Source: Azolla caroliniana
Taxonomy: Eukaryota; Plantae; Polypodiophyta
Assembly: GCA_043228905.1 (NCBI GenBank)
Contig: JBHGNT010000021.1
Span: 8,246,001 to 8,310,000, forward strand
Direction: 5' to 3'
DNA: 64,000 bases
A program made the position numbers and the translations under genes. Shown piece after piece: positions 1-12,699 of this stretch. Below the pieces are notes generated by a model that made no database searches, was not told the origin of the DNA, and saw only the letters and a program-made list of their open reading frames with translations. How positions within the stretch are numbered: position 1 is the stretch's first letter; each line of letters opens with the position of its first letter.

Positions 1-258
1 TGCTCACTTGTATTGTCCTTTGTGCGCTCAATGCTCTGTGTTTGCTAAATGAGAGAGACTCTACGAGGTGGAGGTTTCGTGTTCCCATGCTTGGCGCCTT
101 TTCTCAATTCCTGCGCATGCACGTCGTGTACTATAATAGCAACTGTGTGACACGTGGTGCGCTTTAACTAGGCTTTAAATAACCAACTGCACACCTTTTC
201 GAGGTGGCCGTTCAGTCCTTGTTTCTGCATGATGATCTCTTTTCCTTCTTTTTTTTTT

Positions 259-3200
259 TTAGTTCCAGTTACCCGATAACCACGGCTCCCTTGTCTGTTT
301 TTCTTCATGGTTGCCGGCGAACTGCTTGCCACTGCCTATTTCCGCATTGTTTTGCGGTTGATGAAATGGGTTCTGTGGCATGGGTTCATTATATGGTTTA
401 AGTCGGAACCTATTTACCCACCGTTCTAGCACCTCGCAGGTTAGCGTTCCCAGTTGATATGAGCCCTTCAACTCTCGCGTTATCCAATATGGTCTAGTCC
501 ACTAGAACCATAGCTTCCCCGACATCTTGCCCATCCGGATCTGGAACACTAGTATCGGTTTGCCGATTCCAAACATCTTCTCCTTACCCTTCCGGTGGCG
601 GTCGACGAATACTTTCCTTCGTCATTGCTTGAGATCCATTTGCATTAGGCTCGCTATTCGGTGCTCCTCCAGCTCACATAGTGTTGCTAACCGGATTTTT
701 TCCGACTCCTTCTCACTTAGCCGCTCCCAGACCTATTTCCGTAAGCTTGGAATCTGGAATTCTATTGGCTCCCGGACATGTATCCGTAAGCAATGTGCGA
801 CTGGTCACCCCAAAGACGCATTTTGCCAGGTTTAAGCTTAACCGGTATCCTCTGCACTTTTCTACGCATAACCTGAGATGGTCGAGATGTTCCCCTTTCC
901 GGGAAGTCATCCAAGAATACTTGCATAAATGTCGGTATGAATTCTCCAAATATTTCCATAATAATCCTCTGAAAGGTTGACGGTGCCATCTTGAGACCGA
1001 ACATCATTACAACTGCTACAAAGACTCCCCATTTTGTCACGAACGCCGTCTTTTCTTGATCGTCCGGGTGCATCCTTATTTGGTTATATCCGCTGAGACC
1101 ATCGAGGAAGCTATAAACCTCGTGCCCGGCTACCGCGTCTAAAACTCCATCCGTAAATGGAAGCGGAAATGCGTCGGTGACCGTTGCCGTGTTCAATTTC
1201 CGATAATCCACGCAAACACGGATCTTGCCATTCTTCTTTAGCACTACGACAATTGGACTTAGCCAAGTGGCTTTCTTCACCGGCCAGATAAAGCCGACCT
1301 GGAGTAGCTTGTCAATTTCCTCATTTACTCTTGCCGCGTTGTTTGGGTTCATCCGATAGCGTCGTTGTGCCACCGGCTTAGCGTCCTTGCTGAGGTGAAT
1401 CTAGTGCTGATAGAGTTGGGAGTCAAGTCCCCACATATCTTCGTAAGACCAGGAGAATACGTCCCGGAATTCTTTTAATAATGTTATCATTGCCGATTTC
1501 TCTTCCGATGACATCTCCTTGGCCACGTGTACCAGACATGCTTCCTCTCCGGTGCCCAAATTTACTTCTTCTAGTTCGGACGCCTTTACTCATTGGGATA
1601 CCACCATTTCCCGTTCCAAGGCCTCCTGTGCTTGCCGCAGTTCTCGGATTGCATCCTTATCCGGTTCCTCACCGGCCTCTTCCGTTTGCACAATGTATGG
1701 AGATACTACTTCTGCCACGTCCACCTCAAACAGAGGGACTATCCTTGGGTTCTCTTCAAGGTAGTGATCCACCTCCTCGTCGGCCAGTCCTACTAGTATG
1801 TTCACGCTTTCGGCATATAGTGGGGTTACGTCTTTGTCAGGGCCTGCTTGTAGTTGCGTGGGTACTCTTACTTTCGTTTTCCCTCTTCGGAACGCAATAT
1901 TGTTCTTCTGCCAATTATGTTTGATATGGGCAGTCCTCAGCCATGGTCGTCCCAACTGCAGTGGGTATGCCCCTTTTGCGTTCAACTAGAGGACTACCGC
2001 AGAAATTCGGAAAGCATGGCGTCCGATTGTCACCTCCAAGTCCCGGATCAAGCCAACCGGTCAGACTGAGTTGGTGTCTGCCATCTGGAGCCAAAATGGG
2101 CATGGTTCCCACTCTTGAATTCCCAAAGTGTCGCATGTCCAGAGGCTTATCACGTTTACTCCTGATCCTCCATCGACTATTGTACCCGGTAGCTCCCGTC
2201 CTTTAATAATCGCAGTGATTGTCGGACTGTTGGTGTCCAACACTACCGGTCCTTCCTCCAGTTTTCAAAAGAATGCCAGAGCCGGTGCAGGACTTAATAG
2301 AACCAATGCCCATTTCAACCCGTCAGTGAACCGGGGCACTAGTTGTAGTAACCAACCCAGTGGTAACGTGATTTGGCATTCCTGAAGTGCTTGCCACGTG
2401 GGGTTCTCTAGTTGTGCCTTTTCGGTGAGTTCCTCCATTGCATTCGTTTGCTCTTTCATATCGGTGACATTGTGTTTGTTGGCCGTTTCAATCCATCCGG
2501 TGGTCTGTTTTCATATGGCCTCCTGTGCTTCCCACTCCGCCATCTTTCCTTTTGATCTAGTGGTGACTTGTTGTATATCCGCTACTTCTGCTACCACCAT
2601 ATTGATTGTCGGTCGTTTTTCGTTACTTTTAACCAGACATTGATTGCTATAATGGCCTTCTTGGCAGCAATAGTAACAATACGCCTTCCGGGTATTGCTA
2701 GATTCTACTTTTGGCTCGGTACCCGGTTGAAATCCCCTTACCGCTCGGTTAGGTTCTTTTGTTCTCCTTTGTTCCGGTTGGGCGCTACTTATGCCTCTAT
2801 CCGGCTCTCGTTGGTACTCCTTTGTCGACTCCCGACGATCCTCTTTTTGAGAGTTCCGTTTCTTAATAAAGTGTCGGTTGTTCTTGTAACCCTACCGGTG
2901 CCGGTCTTCGTAGTCTCCTCGTTGGTCCTCTCTCCTCTGGTTGTAGCTTGGAGAGTAATCGCGATCATACCGGTCACCGTTATAATCATGGTTCCTATCA
3001 TACCGGTCCCAAACATAAGCATCCCTTCTCCGGTCATAATCCGGGGAGTAGTCTCGTTCTTACCGATCTCGGTTGTAGTCTTCCTTGTGTCGGTTGTCGC
3101 GATCGCACCCATAGTCGTCGCGTCTTCTATCATTGTACCGATCTCCACGTTCTGGTTGGTATCAGTCCTCCCTCTGAAACCATTCGTCATCTGGTTCGTG

Positions 3201-4826
3201 ACTACTACGTGGTTCAATGTTCCGCATTGGTGCCGCTAGTCGGTTGATCAAGTTGTACTCGCATCGGTCCATTGTGTGTGCCTGTGAGTGGCATATCATA
3301 CACTGTGTCCTCATTGTGCAGTCTACCATCGAATGGCCCGGGTTTAGACACGTTGTGCATTGCAACACCTGGCGAAACTTGAGATCCTCCTTATTTGGAA
3401 GGGCCCTATGCAGGGCTCCCATTGTCATCAGGGAGCTATGTTTATCCATTTCCAACACCCGATCGATGACTTGATCCATTGTGTTGGCCTAGAAATCTAG
3501 TACTGCGCACATCGTTTGTAGGGGTTCCCGTAGAACGGCCAGAAACACCACTTTCGCCTCCTCCTCCGGAGGTGCCCTTGTTAACTAGTTGTGTAGTGTT
3601 TGAAATCGGATGATAAATTGGGGCGCTGTCTCCTGCTCCGCCTGGTGGGTTGTGTAAAACTGACCGACTAGTTCGCGTTGTACCACTTGCCTATGGAATA
3701 GTCAGAGCAATTTTGTTTTCAAGGCCTCAAATGTGGCAAAGCTTCCGGGTAGGTGCTTTGCGTGCCAACGGGCCGCCGGTCCCTCTAATGTCATGCCGAA
3801 TTCGGCAAATTTTGACCGTTCGGCTTTCGGTTCGGTCAGCCTTTGGGACACATGATTCGCTTCCCATGTTTGTAGGAACGCATAGACATGCGCCTCCGCA
3901 TCAAGGTCATCCCAGTACTTTGGATACGGGTATGGCATGGTGTAGTCTTCAGAAGGTTGTACCGGAGATGTGTGGTCTAGTTCTTGCTCTGCGGGTGGTG
4001 TTGGTGCGTGGTTTTCCACTTTCTCCGCAGGTGGTGTGGATGAGCCGTTCGATTCGTCGTCCTTAGATCGTCCAAAGTATCGTGGTTGTTTTGTAATTCG
4101 ACTAAATTCTTTGTTCACTATCCAATTCCGACTCTAAGGCCAAGAATGCCTTCAAGTCTCCGTTGCCTTCGGCAAGCATCCGCAGTCGCGATTCTGCCTC
4201 TTGCAGGCTCGTCAAACTACTGCCCTCGTCGGAAAGTTGTTGTTTTTGGAACCGAAGTGCTTCTTCCGCGACCCTTCGAATCACTCTGGGAAAAGACCGA
4301 TCATGTCTGATCTCCTTGGCCGCTTCCTAGAAGGCTTCCCGCCTTTGCTATCTTTCGGTTAGTCTTCTTCCTCGTTCAGTGACTTGGTCGTTAGTCGGTC
4401 GAGACATCCATCCCCCGGTGTTCTTTGCTCACTGCAGGAATCATGGTCGCCAAAATCTGTGTTATCCTTTAGGCTGGACAAGCCCTAACACAAGGTGTCC
4501 CTATGGAACACTTCACCAAAGGGTGGTAGAGTGAGATATGGATAGACCGTGGTATCAAATGGGTCTTAACCGGTTACTAACCGACACTGTTAATGATCAT
4601 AACACACGCGTAAGATTAATTATATTCAGCACAGAACGGTAACCAAATAGACACTAAACAATATGTAAAACAACTGTGCTTCTATTAATTATCCGTCGTT
4701 GATTACATTCTTGTCGGGTCCTTTTATAGGTCTCTGGCTGAGTTACAAACCGGTGCCAACCGGCAACTGGCAACAATCCGATCCGGATCCGAATCGGCAT
4801 ACCGATTCTGGGTTTGTCCGCCCCAT
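259..4826 (-). mobile_element. Decayed Ty3/Gypsy LTR retrotransposon (non-chromovirus type): truncated 5' LTR 4458-4826, gag, protease, RT, integrase C-terminus
   Basis: Gag-like ORF 3702-4118; CCHC knuckles in 3162-3479; protease IVDGGSGVN in 2061-2243; RT 762-1373 (WLSPIVVV, RVCVDYRKLN, FLDDF); integrase tail with VNRFRLKPY in 259-471; PBS-like TTTTGGCGACCA next to LTR end at 4458. Many stops and frameshifts. Confidence 0.9.
762..1373 (-). pseudogene. Gypsy reverse transcriptase fragment
   Basis: Canonical Gypsy RT motifs (KIRVCVDYRKLN, SGYNQIRMHPDDQEKTAF, MFGL, FLDD). Frameshifted, then joined near 780 to the integrase C-terminus; RNase H and integrase core are missing. Confidence 0.9.
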
Positions 4827-6370
4827 GATTGTTAGGTACGGTAGGTACGGTACTGATACCATATGTATTTAACGTATTGATATGGGTATAGTACCTCCCA
4901 ATTTAAAAATACGTTAAATACGTTTTTTAGTATGTTAAATACCTATAAAATACATCAAATACGTATAGTACGTTAAATACGTTAAATACTTCTAGAATTT
5001 GAAACCTTCCTAAAGAATATTTATTTACCTTCCTAAAAAATATTTGTAATATTGTAATATTGTAACCGTGTATATGCAATGTAACGAAGCATTCCATGGT
5101 TGTAGTTGCATCTTAAAAGTTTCCGAGTACTAAAGGGCAAATCGAGCAGGCCTATCACTTTAATACAAAAATATGTACATGACTTCTTACATACTTGAGG
5201 TGTGCCAATTTAAACACCAATAAAGCTAGGAAACCATTTACAAACTACAATTAAGAAATCTATGATGCCAAGAAAAGATGGGAAATATAAGAATCAAAAG
5301 GATACAAATCAACAACCCAGACCAGACCATCATGTGATTAGCCTAGACCATCATGGCACCTAAACAAAGCTTTGTAACTTCAGCCATCCTCTGGTTAATT
5401 CCTATTCTTGTTGATTGTGCTTCTTAGTCAGAACTGTGAGTTTCAGCTGCAAACCACTTAAGAATGATGGTACACCTTCCTACAATCTACAAATGATCCA
5501 CACAAAAAAACAAACAATTTTCATCACAGTATATACAATAAGCAATATATTGAAAGTTCACTTAGTAAATGCACATCTTGCTTGGCTCACATGGTATACA
5601 TATTGGATACTATACATGTATACATCATACAGTGCCTTCAACATTCATATAGCATACATGTACATATTATGCTTACCTTGAAATTCACTTAGTATACACA
5701 ACGATGCAAGAATATATGAAAACACACTATACCATTGCCAAATATGTGTACACTAACTATCTCATTGCGAATGATGAATCAAAATCATCAAAACTCTATA
5801 AAGTTGTGAAATTGATACAAAACCCATCATGTTCTCAGGAACTACATAGCCAACCCCATCAACTATACCACAGATATTATCCAAAATGACACCTCAAAGG
5901 TATTAACTACAACTGAATCATTGAAACCAATTCACAATTTAATACAAAGGTCGAGTACTTGTGGATTTCATTCATTATTTTCAAAATTTGTGAAATAAAA
6001 ATGGTCCACATTTGAAAACCTTGTGAGGAATTGTAGGGCTATACATGACAAACTTGAGCACCTCTCAAAATGGCCCGATCAATTTATAAGGACAATACAA
6101 ACCTCCAATGGTACAGTATTCCAGATACCTCTTTCTCTGTCTCTTGTTGCAATGATGATAAAATAATTATCATAAGGGACCACCAACTTAGATCCTCGCA
6201 CTGAGATCCAAACACCACATTAGAGCTCTCCACTATTCTTTGGCATTCCCCGTCCTGGATAATTATGTACTTGTTCCCATTCCATTTAAACACGCACATC
6301 TTTGTTGAGGAATTAAAGGAGGAAAAAGTGTCAACATATGGCCATTCTTTCAGAACATTCCCACTTTAAA

Positions 6371-7650
6371 TCACTCAATTTTCTTGCGTTTCGCGGCCTC
6401 CTGGAACCGGCCCCTAATGTCCTCTCGACGTCTCTTCTTCTTTTCTACTTCTTCTTGGGCTTTCTTTTCCTCATAGACTTTCCTCTTTTTAACATGTTGC
6501 TCCTTCCGCTTTTTTACCTACAAGAAAAAATATCACAAACTTTCACCGCACTATAGAATAGATACAATTATATTGCATTGAGCCTTAGGTGAGTTTAAAC
6601 TACACTTTCTTTGAAAACAACTTTTAAAATGCTCAATGATTTTTAAATACTAATCATCATTTTTTGCTTCTGATTTTTATTCTAATGAAAATCAAAGACA
6701 AATGCAGTCATTTTTTGTCTTTGGGCCACTATTTTTTACCTCATCATTTGTGGGTCATGATCGTCATTTTTTGCATGGAGATTAGATAGACAAATTTTCG
6801 TGAAAAGTTTTGGGGCTTATATTCTCTCTTTTACTCATAATGTCATTAAACCTTTTTAGTGGTTATGATTGATTGTGTAACAAACTAAAATCGTCTTTAT
6901 TTAGGTGAAAAGTTTTGGACCTTCTATTTTCTCTTTTACTCATAATTACTATTTGTATGCAACACTTCAAATTCTCAGACCAGAACTAAGCTAGATCTAG
7001 AATATGCACATGACAAACAGAGATGTACATAGGATCAATGCTATACCTTCTCATTTCTAATAGTATTCAGTTGATGAACAAGCGTATGCACTTTGCGTTC
7101 ATGAGGCTCCAAAACTACTGCCCTACAAGCTTCCAGAGCTGGTTTACTTCTTTCCTTCTACAGCTTCGGTTTGGAAGCAAAAGGGAGTTTAGCCTAGAGA
7201 GCTTTAGGTATTTTCAGCTTATTGAAATACCGAGGTTGCCTCTCAATTTCCTGTATTAAAAACATGGATAACTTAGGATTCCAAGTGGGATGTTGGCTTC
7301 AGGAAGTAGTGACCTCTGAGCTGCCAATTTAACATTAAACTACTTTGATGCTTTTTAGATATTTATATTTCTCAAGAATTTCATTGAAGAAGCAAAGATA
7401 AAAACCAGAAAACCCACCTTGTAGATGGAATTTTTATTGGCAGGAATAGAAAGACCCTTCTCTTTTCTCAGTTCAGCCACCGTCTTCATTCCTCGCCAAA
7501 CTGATCCATGCAATTGAAGAAGCATCGTTACAGGGTTGAAGAACCGTGGGATGTCCACGTTCACCCATGATCTCAAAAAGACAATATCACTCATCAAAAT
7601 TTTATCCTCAAAGGTGCATCGTATGCTTCCTCCCTTCCCTTGCCATGCCT
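6371..7650 (-). pseudogene. BMS1: 3' fragment of ribosome biogenesis GTPase BMS1 (last three exons with introns)
   Basis: Exon ~7418-7650 RCTFEDKILMSDIVFLRSW...WRGMKTVAELR; exon 7047-7250 EIERQPRYFNKLKIPKAL*AKLPFASKPK with two TAG stops; exon 6371-6517 K/R-rich end. GT-AG borders retained. Confidence 0.88.
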
Positions 7651-8074
7651 TTACAACCTGCAAAACTTGTTGGGCATTTACAACAACAGCCCAGGCCACA
7701 AAGAAAATATTGTATATCCCTCACATGATTGAGGGAATTCACATGATGAGTCATGACTCATGACAAGCTAAAATTCTACGAAAAAATTCGTACTTTTAAC
7801 AAAAACAACACATTGACAAGAAGAGCAACATACCTATTGAAGAAAAGACTGCATCTTTTGATTTGGAAAAAACCTTCAGAACACAACATCAAATATTTGA
7901 GTACACTTACATTGCATTTTGTCAAAGAAATAGAATGCATTCTAGGAACAAAATTTTTAAAAAAAACCTTAACAACACATAACATCAGATATTTGACTTC
8001 TAAGAACACATAACTCGAACTATGTCCAAGACTTGAGCTTAATAATAACGTATAGAAATTAGAAGTATTTGTCA

Positions 8075-9846
8075 TTAGATCTTATCCTCATCACCATCAC
8101 CATCTTCATCATTAGATTTAGTGTTAGTTGATGACATCAACATAGGTTCTTCGTCAGTAAGATCATCATAATTTGTATGAATTGCTTCTTCTATTGCATT
8201 GACATTATCTTGATCATTTAATGGTAAAGAAGCAAATGTACTTGATCTTGTTATTCTCCTATTACAAGAAGACCGCTCATCATCTCTTCTTGGCCTCTGC
8301 CTCCGTATTCGATTAGTAGGGACTCCATTGCTTGATGTTGTCGTATGTGATCTTGTCATGCTCCTTGTCCTTCTTGTCATGCTCATTATTTCTTGAAAAT
8401 AAGTTTCATAGAATTCTCTATCCATATCATTGTCATGGCTAATAGATGGAATATCAGGAGTCTTAGAGACATGTATCTCATTTGGATTCACCTGCAAACA
8501 AGTTTATAAAAGCTTAACTTCTCAGTATCACAAACTAATGTGTCTATGGCAACAACTACTTACTAGTACTAATGAAATTTGAGGAATATAAATTATAAAA
8601 AGTGAATAAAACAATACCTACATTGGAGATGCATTCACAGTCTCAAACTTGCGAACTAGCCTTAAGTTCTCTCGCACATATACCAACCGTTCAAGTTGTG
8701 CTAGCTTTAGTCTGTTTTTATTTTTTGTATGTGCGAGAGCATGTACATTCCAATTCCTTTCCGCTGCCCCAGAAGAGCAATCCTAATAGAAAACAAAATA
8801 TGAAATAAAATGTAGTACACAAAAGTGTGGTATTTTAGAACTTAACTATAAAATTGATCATTTTTTCAACATTTGACACTTACTTGGGATAATATGCGGA
8901 CAACTAATGCTTGGAGCTTTGGAGTTCTTCCACCAAAATTTTCTCACCATGTGACTTGCGTCATCATAGATATCTCCTCATGTGCTAATGCATAGCTAAA
9001 TGTCCCCGTACCATTTCGATATTCATGCAATTCACGAAATAAGATAGTTGCCTATGAGAAACATCAACCCATCCATCTGTTAATATAGAACAACCATACT
9101 TGGGCCATAATCCTTTTACCCTTTCTAACTTTGCTTGCAAGGATATAACCTCAGTTTTCAAGCCTTTTGTCCTCATGTAATTATATGTGACTCCATTATG
9201 TTTCTCTCCAATTGTAGAGAAAGCTTCTAACATGTTCCACCAACATGGTGTTTTTAATAGATTAAATGACAAATTTGATTCAATGATACATCTCACCTCC
9301 ATAACGTTTGCATGTTGTTTCCTTTGCATTTGTAACACATGTCCTTTACGCAGTGGTTGTTGTTTCACTATAATTGTTGGTGGATATGGCGACTACCACC
9401 ACCCATATACATGACATGCTTTGACTTTCACCAACAAAGGTAGATGAGCATGAGGTAGAAACACCTAAAAGAGAAAAATATTCAAGATAAATCATTTACA
9501 ATTATTTAAACATTAGTAATCAAGACACATATTGTAGGCTTGTGTCTATACCTTGTGCATGCATGTTGAATGAGTCGATCTCTGTTACTATATCTTCTTC
9601 TTCGCCAATTGCTTGGCTTCCACAATTACCATACAAAGTTGTAAGGTCAATCAACATTTCCTTGGGGACATTGGTACATTTCGTTACTCCATGGCTAGGT
9701 TTTCCAATTAAATGAGCAATCATTCGTGTTGCTGACCCATGCATATGTTTGTTGCAAAATTTACAATTCCAACTCCTATTTCCTGTTTGACTTCTTGTGA
9801 CATTGAGGCAACACGTATCCCAATATTTGTTCTTAATGGGCGGCAT
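8075..9846 (-). pseudogene. hAT transposase remnant (BED zinc finger, DUF659-type domain, hAT dimerization domain)
   Basis: 9520-9846 WNCKFCNK...RMIAHL...GVTKC (zf-BED); 8985-9368 WPKYGCSILTDGW; about 8650-8790 SSGAAERNW...NRL...LVYVRENLRL (dimerization); acidic tail 8075-8497. Internally deleted. Confidence 0.88.
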
Positions 9847-10039
9847 TTTCCTTCTTTATGTTCTACAAATCAATAAAATTGAGATACTGAAAATGGAAAA
9901 TAATGCACAAAAAGAGGAGATTCAATGCTTGTGAGATGCATAAAAACAAAAAATTCAACTCTTTTGGAAGCTAAAAAGGAAGCAAAAATTATCATAACTT
10001 AACTAAAGAGCCTTAATGCTTAACGTAATAACGACATGC

Positions 10040-10373
10040 ATAAAAGCAAAAAATTCAACAAGTTTGGAAGCCAAAAGGGAAGTAGAATTTGGTCAAGAAA
10101 TCCATCTTGAAGTTGTACAGAAAGGGTTCGATGAAGATCTATTTATTCATAGTGCTTTGCTAGATATGTATGTCAAATGTGGATCTTGAAGTTGTACCGA
10201 AAGCATTAGATTCTTTCGATAAAATGCAAGTTGAGGCACGAGCAATCTTCGATCAACTGGAAGTTAAAGAGGTGGTTTCATGGACTGCTCTTATCACAAG
10301 CTATGTGGAACATGGGCCTATCAAAGAAGCATTAGAATGTTTTGAGAATATGCAGAGTATAGGCATTCCATGA
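10040..10373 (+). pseudogene. PLS-class PPR protein fragment
   Basis: GQEIHLEVVQKGFDEDLFIHSALLDMYVKCGS, then EARAIFDQLEVKEVVSWTALITSYVEHG..EALECFENMQSIG; frameshifted and isolated. Confidence 0.85.
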
Positions 10374-12699
10374 CATCATTAAAAAAGGACCAAGCACTTT
10401 TCCCATGACACAAAATTGAGATCTTCAAATTTTCTGGAAACCAATGTCATTTATAGTAACATGGAAAGTAAATTAGAATTATCAATTCCTGAAATGAATT
10501 CAAATGGGATACAACCACTAAAATCAATAAGCAAAGGATTAGCTAATGCTACAAATTGTGAAAAGTTTTGAACAAACTGTCTACATATATACATACATGT
10601 TTGAGTTTCAACACCTGGTTCCTATATTTGATCTCAGCACTTACAAAGAGGAGAGTTTTATTGCACCACGTCAGTTACAATTGTCTACCAATTTGTTACT
10701 TGTATAGATGCATTATTGTAGAATAGATAGATTGCTGGACACAAGCATACATAAACTAGATCAACTAAAAATTAAATCTCCCTTGTCATTTGGTATTATC
10801 ATACAACTTGTACCACGAGAAGAATCTTCTTCAGATATTAGAAGCCATTAAAACAAAACAATATTAGAACTTGACATTCGAATACAACAAAATGGGAGGT
10901 ATACTTAATCATCAAAAATAAAAGAAAGAAACATATTCACTAACCTGCTTTTATCTTCTTCTTCTAGTGCTTCTTCTTCTTCTTCTTCTATTCTGTCTGT
11001 CTTTCTTCCTTCCTTCTATTTTACTAAAGTGTTCTTTTCTTTTGCTTTCTTTTAGGGTTTTACTTACATTTTTTATAAATACGTACTATACCTATTTTTT
11101 TAAAGGTACGTTAAATACCATATTAGATGAATGTATATGACATTTGACTAAACAACTTTGACGTATGGTACGTACTATACAAATAATAAGGTATTATACG
11201 TATTGATACGTTAAATACACGTGCGTAAACAATGTTGGTTGAATCCCATGGTTCTGGCAATAAGTTTGGAAGTTTTGGGACTTGAATTATCTGATTGGAG
11301 TACTTTAAGGAGTAAATCTTGTTGATTTGTTACAAGTTTATGATAGGCTTTGAATTTCTCAAGGACTTGATCACTACATTTTGTCTTTAGAAACGTGACC
11401 ATCGTGAAACGAGTAAAGTCATCGATAAATGTTAGGAAATATACATTTCCATATAGGGATGGAGTAGACAAAGGACCACATATATCCGTGTGTACTAATT
11501 GGAGGGGTATGGGATGGAAATGGCGAGTTAGAGAGTTTTCCAAATATACACTCTTCACAAAGGGATAGTTTCAATTTACGTGGAAGAGTAAAACCAATTT
11601 CTATATGTTGTCGGGCCATGTGAACCATTGTTTGATTGTTTAGGTGACCTAATCAATAGTGCCATAGTAAGATTGCATAGTTTGATATGTTTGAATCATC
11701 TATGTGGTGTGCTTCCTCAACAGGTACCACAGAGCGGTCTAAAAGGTAAAGACATCCTTGTCTTGGACAATTAACGACATAATCTCGACCAGAGGGTGTC
11801 TTATGACGAATGATACAATATTTGTGATAGAACTCGACGGATGTATTAACGTTGAAAGGGTCTTAATGTGGTGGGATCATCTGGGTTGTTATAACTCTTA
11901 GCGGATGGTTTGAAATCAATTTTAAAAGAACATCATTTGTGATTTTATTGACAGATATCAAGATTTTTGCTATGTTAAGTATATAATAAACTTCATTGAC
12001 TTCAATGAACTTCCCATCAGAAAGTTCAAGATGGGGAGTCCCATGTCCAAGGGTGTATTCAACCCCATTGCTCCCAAATCTCGCCAGGAAAGGATGTTCT
12101 AAGACCTTATTGTCTTTGAGCCATTCAACCCTTGAGGTGAGGTGACATGTGGCACCTGTATCAAGAATCCACATTGAAGTGGGAGAGTTGCTAAATGAAG
12201 TGAGGGCCATGAAGGCAATGAAAGAATCTTCATTATCCTCATCGGAAATTTGGTCAGTCACTATGACATATGTCATTATTTTGATCGTAGTGATCATGTG
12301 ATGCATTGTAAGATTGGTCTTCTTTATATGTTCTTTTCCCGTTATTAGAATTCCTATAACAATCTTTCATTTCATGTCCACTCCTTTGAAAAAAATTGCA
12401 AAAGGATCTAGGAACCTAGATTTTTTATGATTCCTTGAATCATAAATTTAGAGGTTCGTGAATAAATTTTGGAGATATTAGGTTGGTATGTTGATCTAAG
12501 TTTATTATAAGATTTTTTTATTGTAATTTGGATGTTTGATATCAAGTGCAGTGTGAGATGAGGAGGGTTGATTTATTGCCCTACGAAGTATGTTTTCTTG
12601 TGAGATTGATGCCACTAATGTTGGGGGAGGAAAAAAAGCGACGGCGTTCCAAGAATAGTGTTGAAACATGTTTTTGATGTAACTTTGTACTCAAAACTC

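Larger units (their letters stand above)
4827..11234 (-). mobile_element. hAT-superfamily DNA transposon, defective, carrying captured gene fragments
   Basis: Imperfect termini GATTGTT(4827)...AACAATG(11234); TACGTTAAATAC subterminal motifs at both ends (4865-4990, 11107-11219); transposase remnants inside. No 8-bp TSD found. Confidence 0.7.

Noticed and set aside
2568-3247. Long overlapping ORFs (223, 142 and 99 aa)
   Set aside because: Shadow frames of the R/D-rich repetitive Gypsy gag region, not independent genes.
6371-7699. Functional BMS1 gene
   Set aside because: Only the last three exons are present, with two in-frame stops, inside a transposon.
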